From contig CAWBWI010000003.1 in NCBI GenBank assembly GCA_963792585.1, forward strand, positions 608,001-672,000: DNA of 64,000 nucleotides, given 5' to 3'. This DNA comes from Candidatus Eiseniibacteriota bacterium (GTDB lineage: Bacteria > Eisenbacteria > RBG-16-71-46 > CAIMUX01 > VGJL01). Shown piece by piece: positions 8,584 to 18,624 of this stretch (its first letter is position 1; each line of letters starts with the position of its first letter). Both the position numbers and the translations under genes were made by a program. The notes below the pieces were generated by a model, which was given only the letters and a program-made list of their open reading frames with translations, searched no databases and was not told where the DNA came from.

Positions 8584-9657
8584 ATGCAATCACACATGCA
8601 ATCAGGAGCTTCAGCAGCACTTCCCTTCGGCACACGTGCGAACGCCGCACGTCTTTCGGCCATTGTCTTGATTTTGTACGCCCGCAACAACGTTACCGGC
8701 GAGGAGCTGGCATCTAAGCTCGGCGTGACGCTTCGCACGGTTTATCGCGACGTAGCTCGCCTCGAGGGACTCGGGTTCCCCATAGCAGCCAGTCCAGGCC
8801 CTGGCGGTGGCTTCACTCTGGACTTCATGTCAGCAGAAGAAGGAGGCATCGCCACTGAACGAGACCTTCTCGATGTCTTCGCACGGACCGGGCTGACGGC
8901 TCCCGATAATGCGACCCTTGACGCAGTAATCGGAATGGCCGGCGATGCTATTACTGCGGCCGATTTGCAGAGTCTTCGCAATGCTGCAGATCGTATCCTC
9001 TTCGATCCAGAAGAGTGGTACAGGAGAACGAGACCTCCGGCGGACTTCGGGGTCGTTAGGCACGCCGTGCTGAACGATGTACGTCTTGACGTGGCATTCA
9101 CTGAGCGCACAGGGCCGGGACTTATCGAAGACGTGTTTGATCCCTACGGGCTTATTTGGAAGGGGGGGGTGTGGTACATCTACGGCTACAGTCATCGGGA
9201 ACGGGGGATGCGCCGGATTCGCGTTGAGCGGCTTGTTCGAGCACAGATGAGCGCTGAGCACTTTCGGCGGCCCAAGGACTTCGACTTGTTGCAGCAATGG
9301 CAAGAAGAGCTTGAGTCCTTCGGCAAAGGAACTACGCGCGTTGTCATTCGCATTGAGCAGTCCGTCGTGCCAGAATTCGAGCACTTCAATTGGAAGCGCG
9401 AGAACAAGATCATCAGGAAGCGGGACCATTGGCTCGTGGAAATGCGGGTCGACAATGTCGCATGGCTGGTGCCGCTCGTTCTATCATATGCCGGCGACGT
9501 CAGAATCCTCAGGCCTCCGGCACTCTGCGATCTCGTCCTCGCAGCTGCCCGGGCGGTTCTTGCCGCCCATTCTGGGGAACACGCCGGACCAAGCGGGAGC
9601 CATACCGACGATTCGCGTAGCCGCGCTGCCATTCATCGCCGTAGTCACCAGGAATGA
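8584..9657 (+). CDS. HTH-WYL domain transcriptional regulator (YafY/PafB-like)
   Basis: ELASKLGVTLRTVYRD HTH, PYGL..KGGVWYIYGY..RIRVER WYL core, and a WCX-like tail. Confidence 0.92.
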   Translation: MQSHMQSGASAALPFGTRANAARLSAIVLILYARNNVTGEELASKLGVTLRTVYRDVARLEGLGFPIAASPGPGGGFTLDFMSAEEGGIATERDLLDVFARTGLTAPDNATLDAVIGMAGDAITAADLQSLRNAADRILFDPEEWYRRTRPPADFGVVRHAVLNDVRLDVAFTERTGPGLIEDVFDPYGLIWKGGVWYIYGYSHRERGMRRIRVERLVRAQMSAEHFRRPKDFDLLQQWQEELESFGKGTTRVVIRIEQSVVPEFEHFNWKRENKIIRKRDHWLVEMRVDNVAWLVPLVLSYAGDVRILRPPALCDLVLAAARAVLAAHSGEHAGPSGSHTDDSRSRAAIHRRSHQE

Positions 9658-9717
9658 CCGGCTGCGCCGATCTCCCCATCGTTCGGGAAGGACTTTGTCA
9701 GCAACCTGCTAGAGGAA

Positions 9718-10287
9718 TTGCATATGGTTACAGGCGAGTTCCATTCAGGCGAGCGCCTTTCGGTACTCCTCGCTGAGTACCAACGTGTGCGAGACGAGAT
9801 ATTGCACCACAAGTCGACACAACAGACGGTCATGAACTTCATCATCCTGCTCGCCGCGGCCGAGGTCGCGATGTTTTCTCAGATTGTGGAAAGAGGCTTC
9901 GACGCGCGGTATACGACGGTGCTATTGCTGCTGCCGTTGCCCTTCGCCCTGCTAGCGGTGTACCACTCTGCGTACACAGCGCGGATTCACGTACTCGCCG
10001 AGTACCTCGACGGTGACCTCCGGCATAAGCTCGAGCACATCGTAGGCGATGGGGCGCTGAGGGCCAAGTCGTACTATGCCACACGTAACGTTCTCGGCTT
10101 AAGGCACGCTCGATCGGACGGCAAAGCTACCTATCTCGCACTCTTGGGGCTGAAGAGTCTACCGCAGATCGTGCCTCTGGCCGCTTGCGTGACTCTGGGT
10201 GTGGAAGGTCTCTCTTGGTGGCAGTGGGCCTGGTTGTGTGGCGACGTTGCTCTACTGCTTGTGTCATCTCTGGGTCAACATGACTGA
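9718..10287 (+). CDS. Hypothetical multi-pass membrane protein
   Basis: EY...R.EI N-terminal helix followed by about 4 hydrophobic segments. Confidence 0.6.
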   Translation: MHMVTGEFHSGERLSVLLAEYQRVRDEILHHKSTQQTVMNFIILLAAAEVAMFSQIVERGFDARYTTVLLLLPLPFALLAVYHSAYTARIHVLAEYLDGDLRHKLEHIVGDGALRAKSYYATRNVLGLRHARSDGKATYLALLGLKSLPQIVPLAACVTLGVEGLSWWQWAWLCGDVALLLVSSLGQHD

Positions 10288-10675
10288 AACACTTCGGAAG
10301 CATCGGGGGACCTGTGACATCGGACCAGACGAGCGTGGTTTGTCCGTTTCCTCTGTCGGCCTGGACTACTGCGGGGTGATGGTGGTTACGCGACTCCCCT
10401 CGAGGGACGAGGTGTTTCGACTCGTGAACGGACTTTCGCACCCACCGAACCTCTCCGCGCGCAGCCATACCGCGCAGTTCACCCTATCCACTCCACAATC
10501 ACGAAGCCCTTCTGCTCGGTCCACTTGACGCTGACAAGGTCCTTCGTTGGGGCGCTCGTGTCCCTGGGGTCATGAAAGATGAAAGAGGAGGTCGCGACGG
10601 TGCAGCAGTTGCTCCTCCGTTCCCCTGCCAAGATCACAGGTCGATCCCGGCCGTGAGGAGCCGTATTGCTACCCC

Positions 10676-11377
10676 TCACGCATCAGTATCGTCATCACCG
10701 GGCAGGAGTGCTACAAACCGCGCAATGAGCGCGATGGAGAGTATCACCCCTGTCACTGCCTCACTCGCAACGACTAGCCGCATTGTCCCAGTCGCAGCGA
10801 TATCTCCGAAGCCGACCGTAGTGATTGTAGCGACGCTAAAGTAAAGTGCATCAGCGGGCGTATGCACTGATCCGATCAAAGAGTCGCGGAACGCCCAATA
10901 CAAGAGTCCGTAGAGAAGCGTGATCTCCAGAAAACAGCCGACACCTAGGATCAGGCGCCGTGTGATTGAATACTGCTGGAGATTCTCCCGCGTCCCGTGG
11001 ACACGCCGAAAGAGAAGGAGATTCCCATAGACCTGGATCACCTCGACCATCCGACAGACCACCAGACCGAGTACAACTCGGGAAGTCACTCCAAGGGAGT
11101 AGGACAGTATCTCTAAGACCCAACAGCCGACCACGTAAGCGTCAGTGAACCAGACCTGAGCCACCCGCGATCTGCGGCCCAAGAATCGTTGAATGTGCGT
11201 AGCTAGCGACAGTTGTGCAAGGAACCAAAATGCACTTGTGAGGAGAGCTTCGAGTGGAGAGAGTGATCGATCGGCACGACGCACGACTAGCCTCCTGCCT
11301 ATGCGCGAGACACGAGATGACCAAACGGCGCAACAGCTGCCCGGCCATTCTAGCGTCGTACCAAGCAAGCTGGCCAC
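10676..11377 (-). CDS. Potassium channel family protein (two-TM pore domain); start uncertain
   Basis: DALYFSVATITTVGFGDI selectivity-filter signature. Confidence 0.75.
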   Translation of the reverse strand: MASLLGTTLEWPGSCCAVWSSRVSRIGRRLVVRRADRSLSPLEALLTSAFWFLAQLSLATHIQRFLGRRSRVAQVWFTDAYVVGCWVLEILSYSLGVTSRVVLGLVVCRMVEVIQVYGNLLLFRRVHGTRENLQQYSITRRLILGVGCFLEITLLYGLLYWAFRDSLIGSVHTPADALYFSVATITTVGFGDIAATGTMRLVVASEAVTGVILSIALIARFVALLPGDDDTDA

Positions 11378-11589
11378 CAGGTAGTCCCTTGAATGGCCGG
11401 TGCAGCATTTGCCGGCACGTTGCGGGAGCGTTCCTGGCGGTCTCCCGAGTGGCGTCGCTACGGCGAGGATGCACGACCGAAGGGCGTTGCCCAGCGTGAG
11501 GACGAGGCTTCGCTCCGGGCTCGCGCCCTCCGTCCCACTATCGCGCAGCCCCCGGCCCAGCTACGACGCGCCGGTTCTCCTGATGAATG

Positions 11590-11905
11590 GGTAACGTCAC
11601 TTGTTTTGTGTCAGCAGGAATGGGGTAGCTGCCCCCTCTCTCCTATTCGCATAGTTGAAAACGGCATACAGAATCCGTTCGATGCTCATTCGATCGCTGA
11701 ATGCTCCCATCGGACGGGTCCTGCGCCGCACCTCCCGGAATCGACGCTCGATTGCATTCGTCGTCCGGCTCATCCGCTGCCAGTCCGGCTCCTTCAGCTC
11801 GTAGTGGTTCAGCAACTCGTCAAGGTCCTTCATCAGGCATCGCACGGCCGCATGGTAGAGCTTGTCCCACTTCGCGCCGAATCGCATCGCCGCCTGGTCG
11901 GCCCT
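11590..11905 (-). mobile_element. IS256-family transposase 3' remnant with terminal inverted repeat
   Basis: RTTNAIERRFREVRRRTRPMGAF is a typical IS256 C-terminus. GGTAACGTCACTTGTTTTGTGT resembles an IS256 end. The 5' part is missing. Confidence 0.8.
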
Positions 11906-11935
11906 TTCTAGGATCATGGATCACCTGGACTAACG

Positions 11936-12436
11936 ATGTACTACGAGATCGGGACCTTTGCGAAACGCATTCTATCTCAGAAGTCAATTTGGAAGGATGG
12001 CGAGATTTGGACGGCGCTCGCTGGGGGCGTCGCATCTGTCACTTGGTTCTATTGCGACCTTGACGCAATCAGAAGAGTGCGAGGTCATTTCAGCGACCTG
12101 CTAAGCGTGACGAGCATCATTTTCGGATTCGTGCTGGCGGCGCTATTGTTCTATATCCAGGCAGCTACTGCTTGGGCGAAGGACTCAAAGGTCGCATCCG
12201 TGGCAGACAAGATCGTTGACCGGCATGTGTGGACCATCGTCTGCATGTTGCTCCTGATCGCGTCGTTGCTGGGGCTATGGTCGCTCGGATCATATCTTGG
12301 TGCGGGAAGGAAGCTCGACGCGGTCCTCTATGGTTGGCTCGCGTTTCAACTTCTGTATTGCGGGCTCCAAATCCTGAATCACACGATGACGGTCTGGTGG
12401 TCCTTCCGCTCACGGGGAACATTGAATCCAAAGTGA
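11936..12436 (+). CDS. Hypothetical 4-TM membrane protein
   Basis: 166-aa ORF with four hydrophobic helices. Confidence 0.6.
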   Translation: MYYEIGTFAKRILSQKSIWKDGEIWTALAGGVASVTWFYCDLDAIRRVRGHFSDLLSVTSIIFGFVLAALLFYIQAATAWAKDSKVASVADKIVDRHVWTIVCMLLLIASLLGLWSLGSYLGAGRKLDAVLYGWLAFQLLYCGLQILNHTMTVWWSFRSRGTLNPK

Positions 12437-12695
12437 GCCAGTGGAATTTGTAGTCCGCATCGCCGTGGGCAAAAGCCACATCAAGTCGGCAGCGCCTCTC
12501 CCTCGCCTGACCTCATAAGATCGCGAACATAGGCATCTCCGTCCCCTCCGCCCGGGCCGTCCCGAATCCCTGACCTCCCTCCCCCTACGCCGATCCCTCC
12601 TCCCTCGATACCGTGACTCCTGGAGACTCGCTCTCCATCTCACCTGTTCCTTACACAACCCAACTCTCCCTGCATGGCAAAGGAGGACTGCTCCC

Positions 12696-13382
12696 ATGTC
12701 CGAGAATGGACTCATCCGCACGATCGAGATCAAGGACCGCACCGGCCGAGTGATCGGCACGAAGGAAGTCGTCACGTACCAGGGTCTTCTCTCCAAGGCC
12801 CACGATGAAGGCCTCCAGCGTGTCGCGACCCGCCTCGTCCAGGTTCCCTCGGACGAGAACGGCCGCACCGCGATCGCGAAGGCGCTCGTGGAGACGAAGA
12901 AGGGTCGGTTCGAGGGGATTGGCGATGCCAACCCCGAGAATGTGAACTCCTTCATCGTCCCGCACCTGATCCGCATGGCCGAGACCCGCGCGAAGGCCCG
13001 CGCCCTCCGCGATGCCGTCAATGTCGGCGTCATCTCCTTCGAGGAACTGGACGGCGACGGGGTTCTTCCCAACGGATCGGACCTCGGGTCGGGTGCTTCC
13101 GAGCCGGCTCGCAGCTCGCCCGGCAACGGCCGCACGAGTCCGCGTCCGGCTTCAGGGAATGGCAGTGGAAACGGCAACGGGGCCCTCATGACCGAGGCCC
13201 AGCGCCGCTACCTGTTCCGCATTCTGGCGGGGCAAGGCATCGACAACGAAGCTGCCCATGACTACCTGAAGGGCCACTTCGGGGTCCCTGCTCTCGCTCA
13301 GGTCACGAAGGCGCAGGCCACGGCTGCGATCGACGAACTCCTGAAAGGTGAGGAGGTCCCGCATGGATCCCCTCAGCGTTAG
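12696..13382 (+). CDS. Putative single-strand annealing protein (Rad52/Sak/RecT-like)
   Basis: AAGGAGG RBS, MAETRAKARALRDA motif, G/N/S-rich linker and C-terminal helical domain (TEAQRRYL...ATAAIDEL). Adjacent to an exonuclease. Confidence 0.6.
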   Translation: MSENGLIRTIEIKDRTGRVIGTKEVVTYQGLLSKAHDEGLQRVATRLVQVPSDENGRTAIAKALVETKKGRFEGIGDANPENVNSFIVPHLIRMAETRAKARALRDAVNVGVISFEELDGDGVLPNGSDLGSGASEPARSSPGNGRTSPRPASGNGSGNGNGALMTEAQRRYLFRILAGQGIDNEAAHDYLKGHFGVPALAQVTKAQATAAIDELLKGEEVPHGSPQR

Positions 13383-14124
13383 CCGGGTCCAGACCTACCT
13401 CGGTTGCCCGCTCCAGTACCGCTTCCGCTACATCGACAAGATCCCGCCCCCGTGGCGTCCGGCCGCCCTCGTCTTCGGCTCCACAGTGCATGCGACCATC
13501 GAGTGGTTCCACCGAGAACGCCTCGCCGGTCGCAACCCTACGCCCGAGGCAACGGCTGCCATCTTCAACGCCGACTGGTTCGCGGAGAACCTCGAGCCCG
13601 TGGTCTTTCCCGAGAAGGAGTCCAAGGACTCCCTTGCGGAGAAAGGCCGCGCCCTCGTCACCCTCTACGTGGAACAGATCGGCGAGACGTTGCCCAAGCT
13701 CATCGAGGACCGCTTCGAGATCGACTTGGTCGATCCCGAGACCGGGGAAGTGCTCGATGTGCGCCTCCGCGGGATCATCGATCTCGTTGAGGCCGACGGC
13801 ACGCTCGTGGAGCTCAAGACCGCGGCCCGGACCTTCGATACGGGCACGCTCGAACGGCACCTCCAGCTCTCCACGTATGCCTTGGTCCGCTTCCTCGCGA
13901 CGGGAGAAGTCCCACCGCTTCGGATCGACGCGCTCCTCAAGACCAAGGTCCCACGCCTCGAGCGCCTCCCGGCAAGCCGTACGGTCGAGGATCTCGCCTG
14001 GACCGTTCGGTTGATCGAGCGCGTGGCCCTGGCCATCCGCAGCGGCTGCTTCTACCCGAATCCCTCCTGGCGGTGTGGGGAGTGCGAGTACTTCGCACAC
14101 TGCCAGTCGTGGCGGGGGGAGTAG
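13363..14124 (+). CDS. PD-(D/E)XK nuclease, RecB/AddB/Cas4-like exonuclease with 4-Cys staple
   Basis: YLGCPLQY, GSTVHA, LRGIIDL, ELKT, QLSTYA and CGECEYFAHC motifs. Confidence 0.9.
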   Translation: MDPLSVSRVQTYLGCPLQYRFRYIDKIPPPWRPAALVFGSTVHATIEWFHRERLAGRNPTPEATAAIFNADWFAENLEPVVFPEKESKDSLAEKGRALVTLYVEQIGETLPKLIEDRFEIDLVDPETGEVLDVRLRGIIDLVEADGTLVELKTAARTFDTGTLERHLQLSTYALVRFLATGEVPPLRIDALLKTKVPRLERLPASRTVEDLAWTVRLIERVALAIRSGCFYPNPSWRCGECEYFAHCQSWRGE

Positions 14125-14143
14125 CCCGCTCCTCTCCAGCACC

Positions 14144-14171
14144 GGGGCTCTTCATCACGAGGAGCCCCTTT
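14144..14171 (+). terminator. Intrinsic terminator-like hairpin after the exonuclease gene
   Basis: GGGGCTCTTC-ATCAC-GAGGAGCCCC-TTT. Confidence 0.5.
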
Positions 14172-14230
14172 CCCTTCCCACCGGACACCTCGGACAAGGG
14201 CGCGTGCAACGTGCCCGTCATGGAGGAACC

Positions 14231-14884
14231 ATGCTTGAAACGGATGTTCCCCAGGGCATCACGCCCCAGGTCCACTGCCGTGAGGACTGCCGATCCTGGC
14301 CGGTGACGCGCCTCCTCGGCGCCGTGCTCTGCTCCGACCACGCGGCCGAGGCGCTCCTCACGAAGTTCGGTTCGCTCGACCTCATCGCCGATGCCGGATC
14401 CGCCGACCTCGTGTCGGTGCCGGGAATCGGGCGGCGTCGGGCCACGCAGGTCTTCGCAGCCTTCGAGCTGGCGCGCCGCGCTACCATCCCCCGGGCGGAG
14501 ACGAAGGTCGAGATCCGCTCGGCCGAGGATGTCGTCCGCCTCGTTGCCCCGGCCCTCCAGGACCTGAAGCGTGAGATGTTCGTTGTCCTGCTCCTGAACA
14601 CCCGGCACCGGCTCCTGAAGATGGAGACGGTGAGCCTGGGGAGTCTCAGCGCGTCCATCGTCCACCCGCGCGAAGTGTTCCGCTCCGCGATCCAGGCGGC
14701 CGCGGCCGCGATGATCCTCGCGCACAACCATCCCTCCGGGGACCCGCAACCGTCCGACGACGACATCGAGATCACCCTACGACTTCGGGACGCCGGCCAG
14801 ACGATCGGCATCAATGTCGTGGACCACGTCGTCATCGGTGGTAACGGAACCCACTACTCATTCCAGGAGAACGGGGGTTTCTGA
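14231..14884 (+). CDS. radC: RadC family JAB-domain protein
   Basis: VPGIG HhH, VHPREVF, AHNHPSGDPQPS.DD and DHVVIG motifs. GGAGG RBS. Confidence 0.95.
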   Translation: MLETDVPQGITPQVHCREDCRSWPVTRLLGAVLCSDHAAEALLTKFGSLDLIADAGSADLVSVPGIGRRRATQVFAAFELARRATIPRAETKVEIRSAEDVVRLVAPALQDLKREMFVVLLLNTRHRLLKMETVSLGSLSASIVHPREVFRSAIQAAAAAMILAHNHPSGDPQPSDDDIEITLRLRDAGQTIGINVVDHVVIGGNGTHYSFQENGGF

Positions 14885-14910
14885 CCCTGTCTCTAGAGAG
14901 GAGTCCTGTC

Positions 14911-15639
14911 ATGTCCGGCATGCTTGTCCTGCACCGCGGCGGCTGGGAGGCGACGCCCGCCGACCTCGCCGCCGTTCCCGTGCCTGAAGAGACCGACTCG
15001 TACGTGCCGGTGCCCCATGGCCGCTTCGTCGAGGAGGTCGAACTCCACGTCCCACGCTTCGGCCTCACGATCACCGATGCCCGCTACGCGCTCGCTCACG
15101 ATGGAATGCAAATGTTTGGGGTCCTGACCTGCACGAACGGTCAGAACCACGCGGACTACGGGCTCGCCATCGGTCTCCGGAACTCCTACGACCGTTCACT
15201 GTCCGTGGGTCTCGTGGCGGGAAGCCGGATCTTCTGCTGCGACAACCTCGCCTTCTCGGGTGAGGTGGAGACCAACCGCAAGCACACGGTGAACGTGTTC
15301 CGGGATCTGCCCGATCTCATCTACCGCATGCTCTCGCAGGTTTCGTCGATGCGGAGCCGGATCCACGCGGAGATCGCGGCGATGAAGGAGCGGGAGCTGT
15401 CACCCGAGACGGCCGACCATCTCATGGTCGAGGCGGTTCGCAGGAACGTCCTTCCTGCTTCGAACCTTCCCAAGGTGATCGAGGCATGGGAGAAGCCGGC
15501 GCACGAGGCCTTCGCGCCCCGGACCGCCTGGTCGCTCTTCAACGCCTTCACGGAAACACAAAAGTCACGGAGTCCGCGTGTCCAGATGGACTCCGGGCTC
15601 CGGCTCGCCAGCACCTTCCGGAGCGCGCTCGCGCTCTGA
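14911..15639 (+). CDS. DUF932-family phage/plasmid/ICE protein
   Basis: GLRNSYDRS, FCCDNLAF, KHT and TAWSLFNAFTE motifs. Sits next to radC. Confidence 0.75.
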   Translation: MSGMLVLHRGGWEATPADLAAVPVPEETDSYVPVPHGRFVEEVELHVPRFGLTITDARYALAHDGMQMFGVLTCTNGQNHADYGLAIGLRNSYDRSLSVGLVAGSRIFCCDNLAFSGEVETNRKHTVNVFRDLPDLIYRMLSQVSSMRSRIHAEIAAMKERELSPETADHLMVEAVRRNVLPASNLPKVIEAWEKPAHEAFAPRTAWSLFNAFTETQKSRSPRVQMDSGLRLASTFRSALAL

Positions 15640-15646
15640 TCCTCTA

Positions 15647-15674
15647 GGACCACCCCACACAGGGTGGTCCTTTT
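15647..15674 (+). terminator. Intrinsic terminator after DUF932
   Basis: GGACCACCC-CACACA-GGGTGGTCC-TTTT. Confidence 0.7.
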
Positions 15675-15791
15675 CCTCAGCTTCGAAGACGGCCCCCGAT
15701 ACGCCGGCTTGCGCTATCCTACTTGGCAGGGATGCACCACTTGTGGCCACCCCTATACCAACAGCGGAATGGGCCATCATGGAGGTCATGG

Positions 15792-17183
15792 GTGACTTCG
15801 ACGAGATTCAACCCCTTCGATAAGGACCTGAAGGACTTGCTTCCGGCCGATCTCGCTGTGCTGCGCACCATCTCGGAAGGTTGGTACGTCGAATACAAAC
15901 AGACCCTTATCGAGACCGAGCGCCTTGCTAGGTCCATCGCCTCGTTTGCAAATCAATACGGGGGATGGCTGTTTCTGGGCATCAAGCAGAGCGGCGACGG
16001 GCGCGACACGGCGGGCACATTCGTCGGCATTTCGTGTGATCAGATCCAGCTCGCGCGAACTGAATGCAGGAATGCTGTCCTTACGAAACTCTCTCCGGCC
16101 CCGTATTTCGATCTCAAGCTTCTCGAGGGACCGAGTGAGGAACTCGGACTACCGAGGGGCCGGGGCGTGCTGGTGCTCTCGATTCCCCAGGGGATGGATC
16201 CACCATACGTCCATAGCTCCGGCGTGATCTACCGACGTGTTGCCGACGGTTCTGACCCGAAGCCGGAGACTGACCGCCATGTTCTAGACATGCTCTGGAA
16301 ACGGCGCGGCGATTCACAGAAGCGCCTAGCCAGGCGATTCCACCGGCAACCGCCCCGTTCGAAGGCAGAGGCAGACCAGACCTACGTTCACCTCCACCTC
16401 CTTGCGGATCCCCTTGGCGACCGGGGCATCCGCTCCCGGATGACGTTCGAGACGTTTACGAAGCTAATGCAACAGCCGCCGGGGAACGAGGTGAACATGC
16501 CGTTCGACAACGTATTCCCGGCCACCGACGCATATGTGGCTAGACAGGTGCAGGGCAACCGGCCTTGGTCTCTCGTGCCGACGTGGAGATATGGTCGCGA
16601 CTGTTCGAGCGTGGTTACCCTTCCCCTCAATCAGGCTAAGGCTTACCACGAGAATGCGTTGGCGTTCTTGAGAGGCTATGCTCACGCTAGCCCACTGATC
16701 GAGCGGCTGCGATTCTCTGACTACGCACCTTGTCGGATACTCGATCTGAACTTCATGTGCGTAGGCCTGCAGTGCGCAATCATCCAGCATCGTGTCCTTG
16801 CCGCTGACGACGGCGTCTTCGGACCATTCTACTTCAGGGCGTTCATTGAGAGCACGTGGCGGCGGATTCCATTTTTGGATCTCGATTCCTATGTTGACTG
16901 GATCAAGGTGGCAGGAGTACCGGTCGTGCAAGACAGTGGGGCACTGGCACCCATGGGGACGGACTACGCCGGCATGGTGGCGCTCCCCGAGCGAACGGAT
17001 GGGTTCCTAGCGGCGGCCACGGCTGCGATTGATGCCCTGTTACCGTTCGTCGCAATTCTACGCGCCCTTGGCGTCCCGCCCGAGGTTCTGATCAATTCTG
17101 ATGGGGACTTCCTCCTACTTGTTGAGCATGCGAAGGAGGTGCAGAAGCTTCGCATGGCAGCGCAACGCACTTACGAGTCGTAA
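15792..17183 (+). CDS. AlbA_2/Schlafen-domain protein with unknown C-terminal domain (putative defence)
   Basis: EGWYVEYK, IASFANQYGGWLFLGI and PY...GVIYRR motifs. GGAGG RBS before GTG 15792. Confidence 0.85.
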   Translation: MTSTRFNPFDKDLKDLLPADLAVLRTISEGWYVEYKQTLIETERLARSIASFANQYGGWLFLGIKQSGDGRDTAGTFVGISCDQIQLARTECRNAVLTKLSPAPYFDLKLLEGPSEELGLPRGRGVLVLSIPQGMDPPYVHSSGVIYRRVADGSDPKPETDRHVLDMLWKRRGDSQKRLARRFHRQPPRSKAEADQTYVHLHLLADPLGDRGIRSRMTFETFTKLMQQPPGNEVNMPFDNVFPATDAYVARQVQGNRPWSLVPTWRYGRDCSSVVTLPLNQAKAYHENALAFLRGYAHASPLIERLRFSDYAPCRILDLNFMCVGLQCAIIQHRVLAADDGVFGPFYFRAFIESTWRRIPFLDLDSYVDWIKVAGVPVVQDSGALAPMGTDYAGMVALPERTDGFLAAATAAIDALLPFVAILRALGVPPEVLINSDGDFLLLVEHAKEVQKLRMAAQRTYES

Positions 17184-17305
17184 TGGGTCTACTTCCGTCG
17201 GGTGGCTGGCGTAATTGCGGCTTCCCTGATTCAGGTTGGAACTCGGTCGAGGGGTAGTAGAGGCTGGAAATTGCTGCTTCCCACGCAGTGCAGATCATCG
17301 AGTCT

Positions 17306-17437
17306 GCATTCACGGAATTCCAATTGTCGGAGAGTCCGGGAGTGGGATGAAACTGGGGCTCCGCTTGAGCAGCACCTTCCGGAGCGCGCTCGCGCTCTGA
17401 ATCCACCACGCGAGGCCGTGCTTAATTGAACGGCCTC
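17306..17437 (+). repeat. Degenerate copy 2 of the DUF932 3' end plus hairpin
   Basis: CAGCACCTTCCGGAGCGCGCTCGCGCTCTGA is identical to 15609-15639. The upstream part is decayed. Followed by hairpin GAGGCCGT...ACGGCCTC. Confidence 0.9.
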
Positions 17438-17646
17438 TCTTCGTGCGGGGCTCTCGGTCGGCGGACGAGTCTTGGCGCAACCATCACCCGGCCCGCGTTC
17501 TTGCACGCGGCGTCCGTCGGAGCTACACTGATCTGCGCAAGACCTAATCGATACCACGATGAACCCACCTCGAACGACGAAGCTGACCCCTGGACGACAT
17601 CCCAGAGCGTCCGCCGCCGCTTTCGAACCGCACCGCGCAGACGGCC

Positions 17647-17982
17647 ATGATCCTCGCCGTAGCGGTGAGAAACGCGATGGAGGACTTCCACTGCAAACAT
17701 CTCTCCGACGCCCAGATGAAGGAGCTGAACCCGATCATCCGAAACGCGATCGCGACTGCGCTGTATGCGCTCGAGCACTCCTCGTCCAATCCCCGAGCCC
17801 GCAACTACGTCCGAAGCACGGCCCGGCAGATTCCGGCATACTGGGAAGCCCCGAAGCTCCTCGTCCCCTTCTCACAGGGTGGTTTCCTGAAACTCGTCCG
17901 CCAGTGGTGCCGGGACTCCGGAAAGATCGAGCCGGCTGAGGTCCTGGAGATGGCCGAGGGGATCTTGAACAGTGATTATTGA
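17647..17982 (+). CDS. Hypothetical protein
   Basis: 111-aa ORF with host-like GC3 bias (VRNAMEDFHCKHLSDAQMKELNPIIRNA). Start uncertain. Confidence 0.55.
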   Translation: MILAVAVRNAMEDFHCKHLSDAQMKELNPIIRNAIATALYALEHSSSNPRARNYVRSTARQIPAYWEAPKLLVPFSQGGFLKLVRQWCRDSGKIEPAEVLEMAEGILNSDY

Positions 17983-18624
17983 TGTGATGGGCAAGGGCTG
18001 GGGCATGCCGGATGTCCCCATGGGGAAGCGAAGGAGCGCGAGTCCGAGACACGGGCAGGGTCGAGGCCTGCGCGAACCTCAGAGCGGCGAAATGGATGAG
18101 GATCGTCCACGGTGAAAGCAGGAATTCTCGGAGCGAGTGTTCTCCTGGAGTGATCGGGGGCATCCTCAGGAGCGTCTATTCATGTCAGCCCTCGCCATGA
18201 TTGATGGGATGATCCTTGCCCGTACGTACCTCTTGAAAGGGAATCTTGCGAGCCGCGCACCTTCCCAAAGCGATCCCAGTCTCGGAGCGGCTGGCGCACG
18301 AGGAGTTCGCTCCCAGGACCGACGGGTTGCTCTTCGGCGCCTTCACGGAAGCACAAGCGTAGCGAAGTCTGAGAGTCCAAATTGATTCCGCCCTCCGGCT
18401 GTCACTACTCATTCGCAAGCCCACGGCATGAGGCTCGCACCAACAGCTCCTTCTCGAAGACCTGAGCCGAATCCCATTGGCGCGACTCGTTCCAACTACT
18501 GCAACATCGAGTCCCCTCGGCGAGCGTCCATCCGGATACGTCTCTCGCCGCCTCGCTTCAACAGGGCACAGGAAGCGACGCCGTGCCCTCGACGCCGCCG
18601 TCTGTGTCGATTGAGGGCCGCGGC

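Noticed and set aside
13363..14124. Cas4 belonging to the CRISPR system
   Set aside because: It lies over 20 kb from the array, type I-E does not normally use Cas4, and it is coupled to an annealase-like gene.
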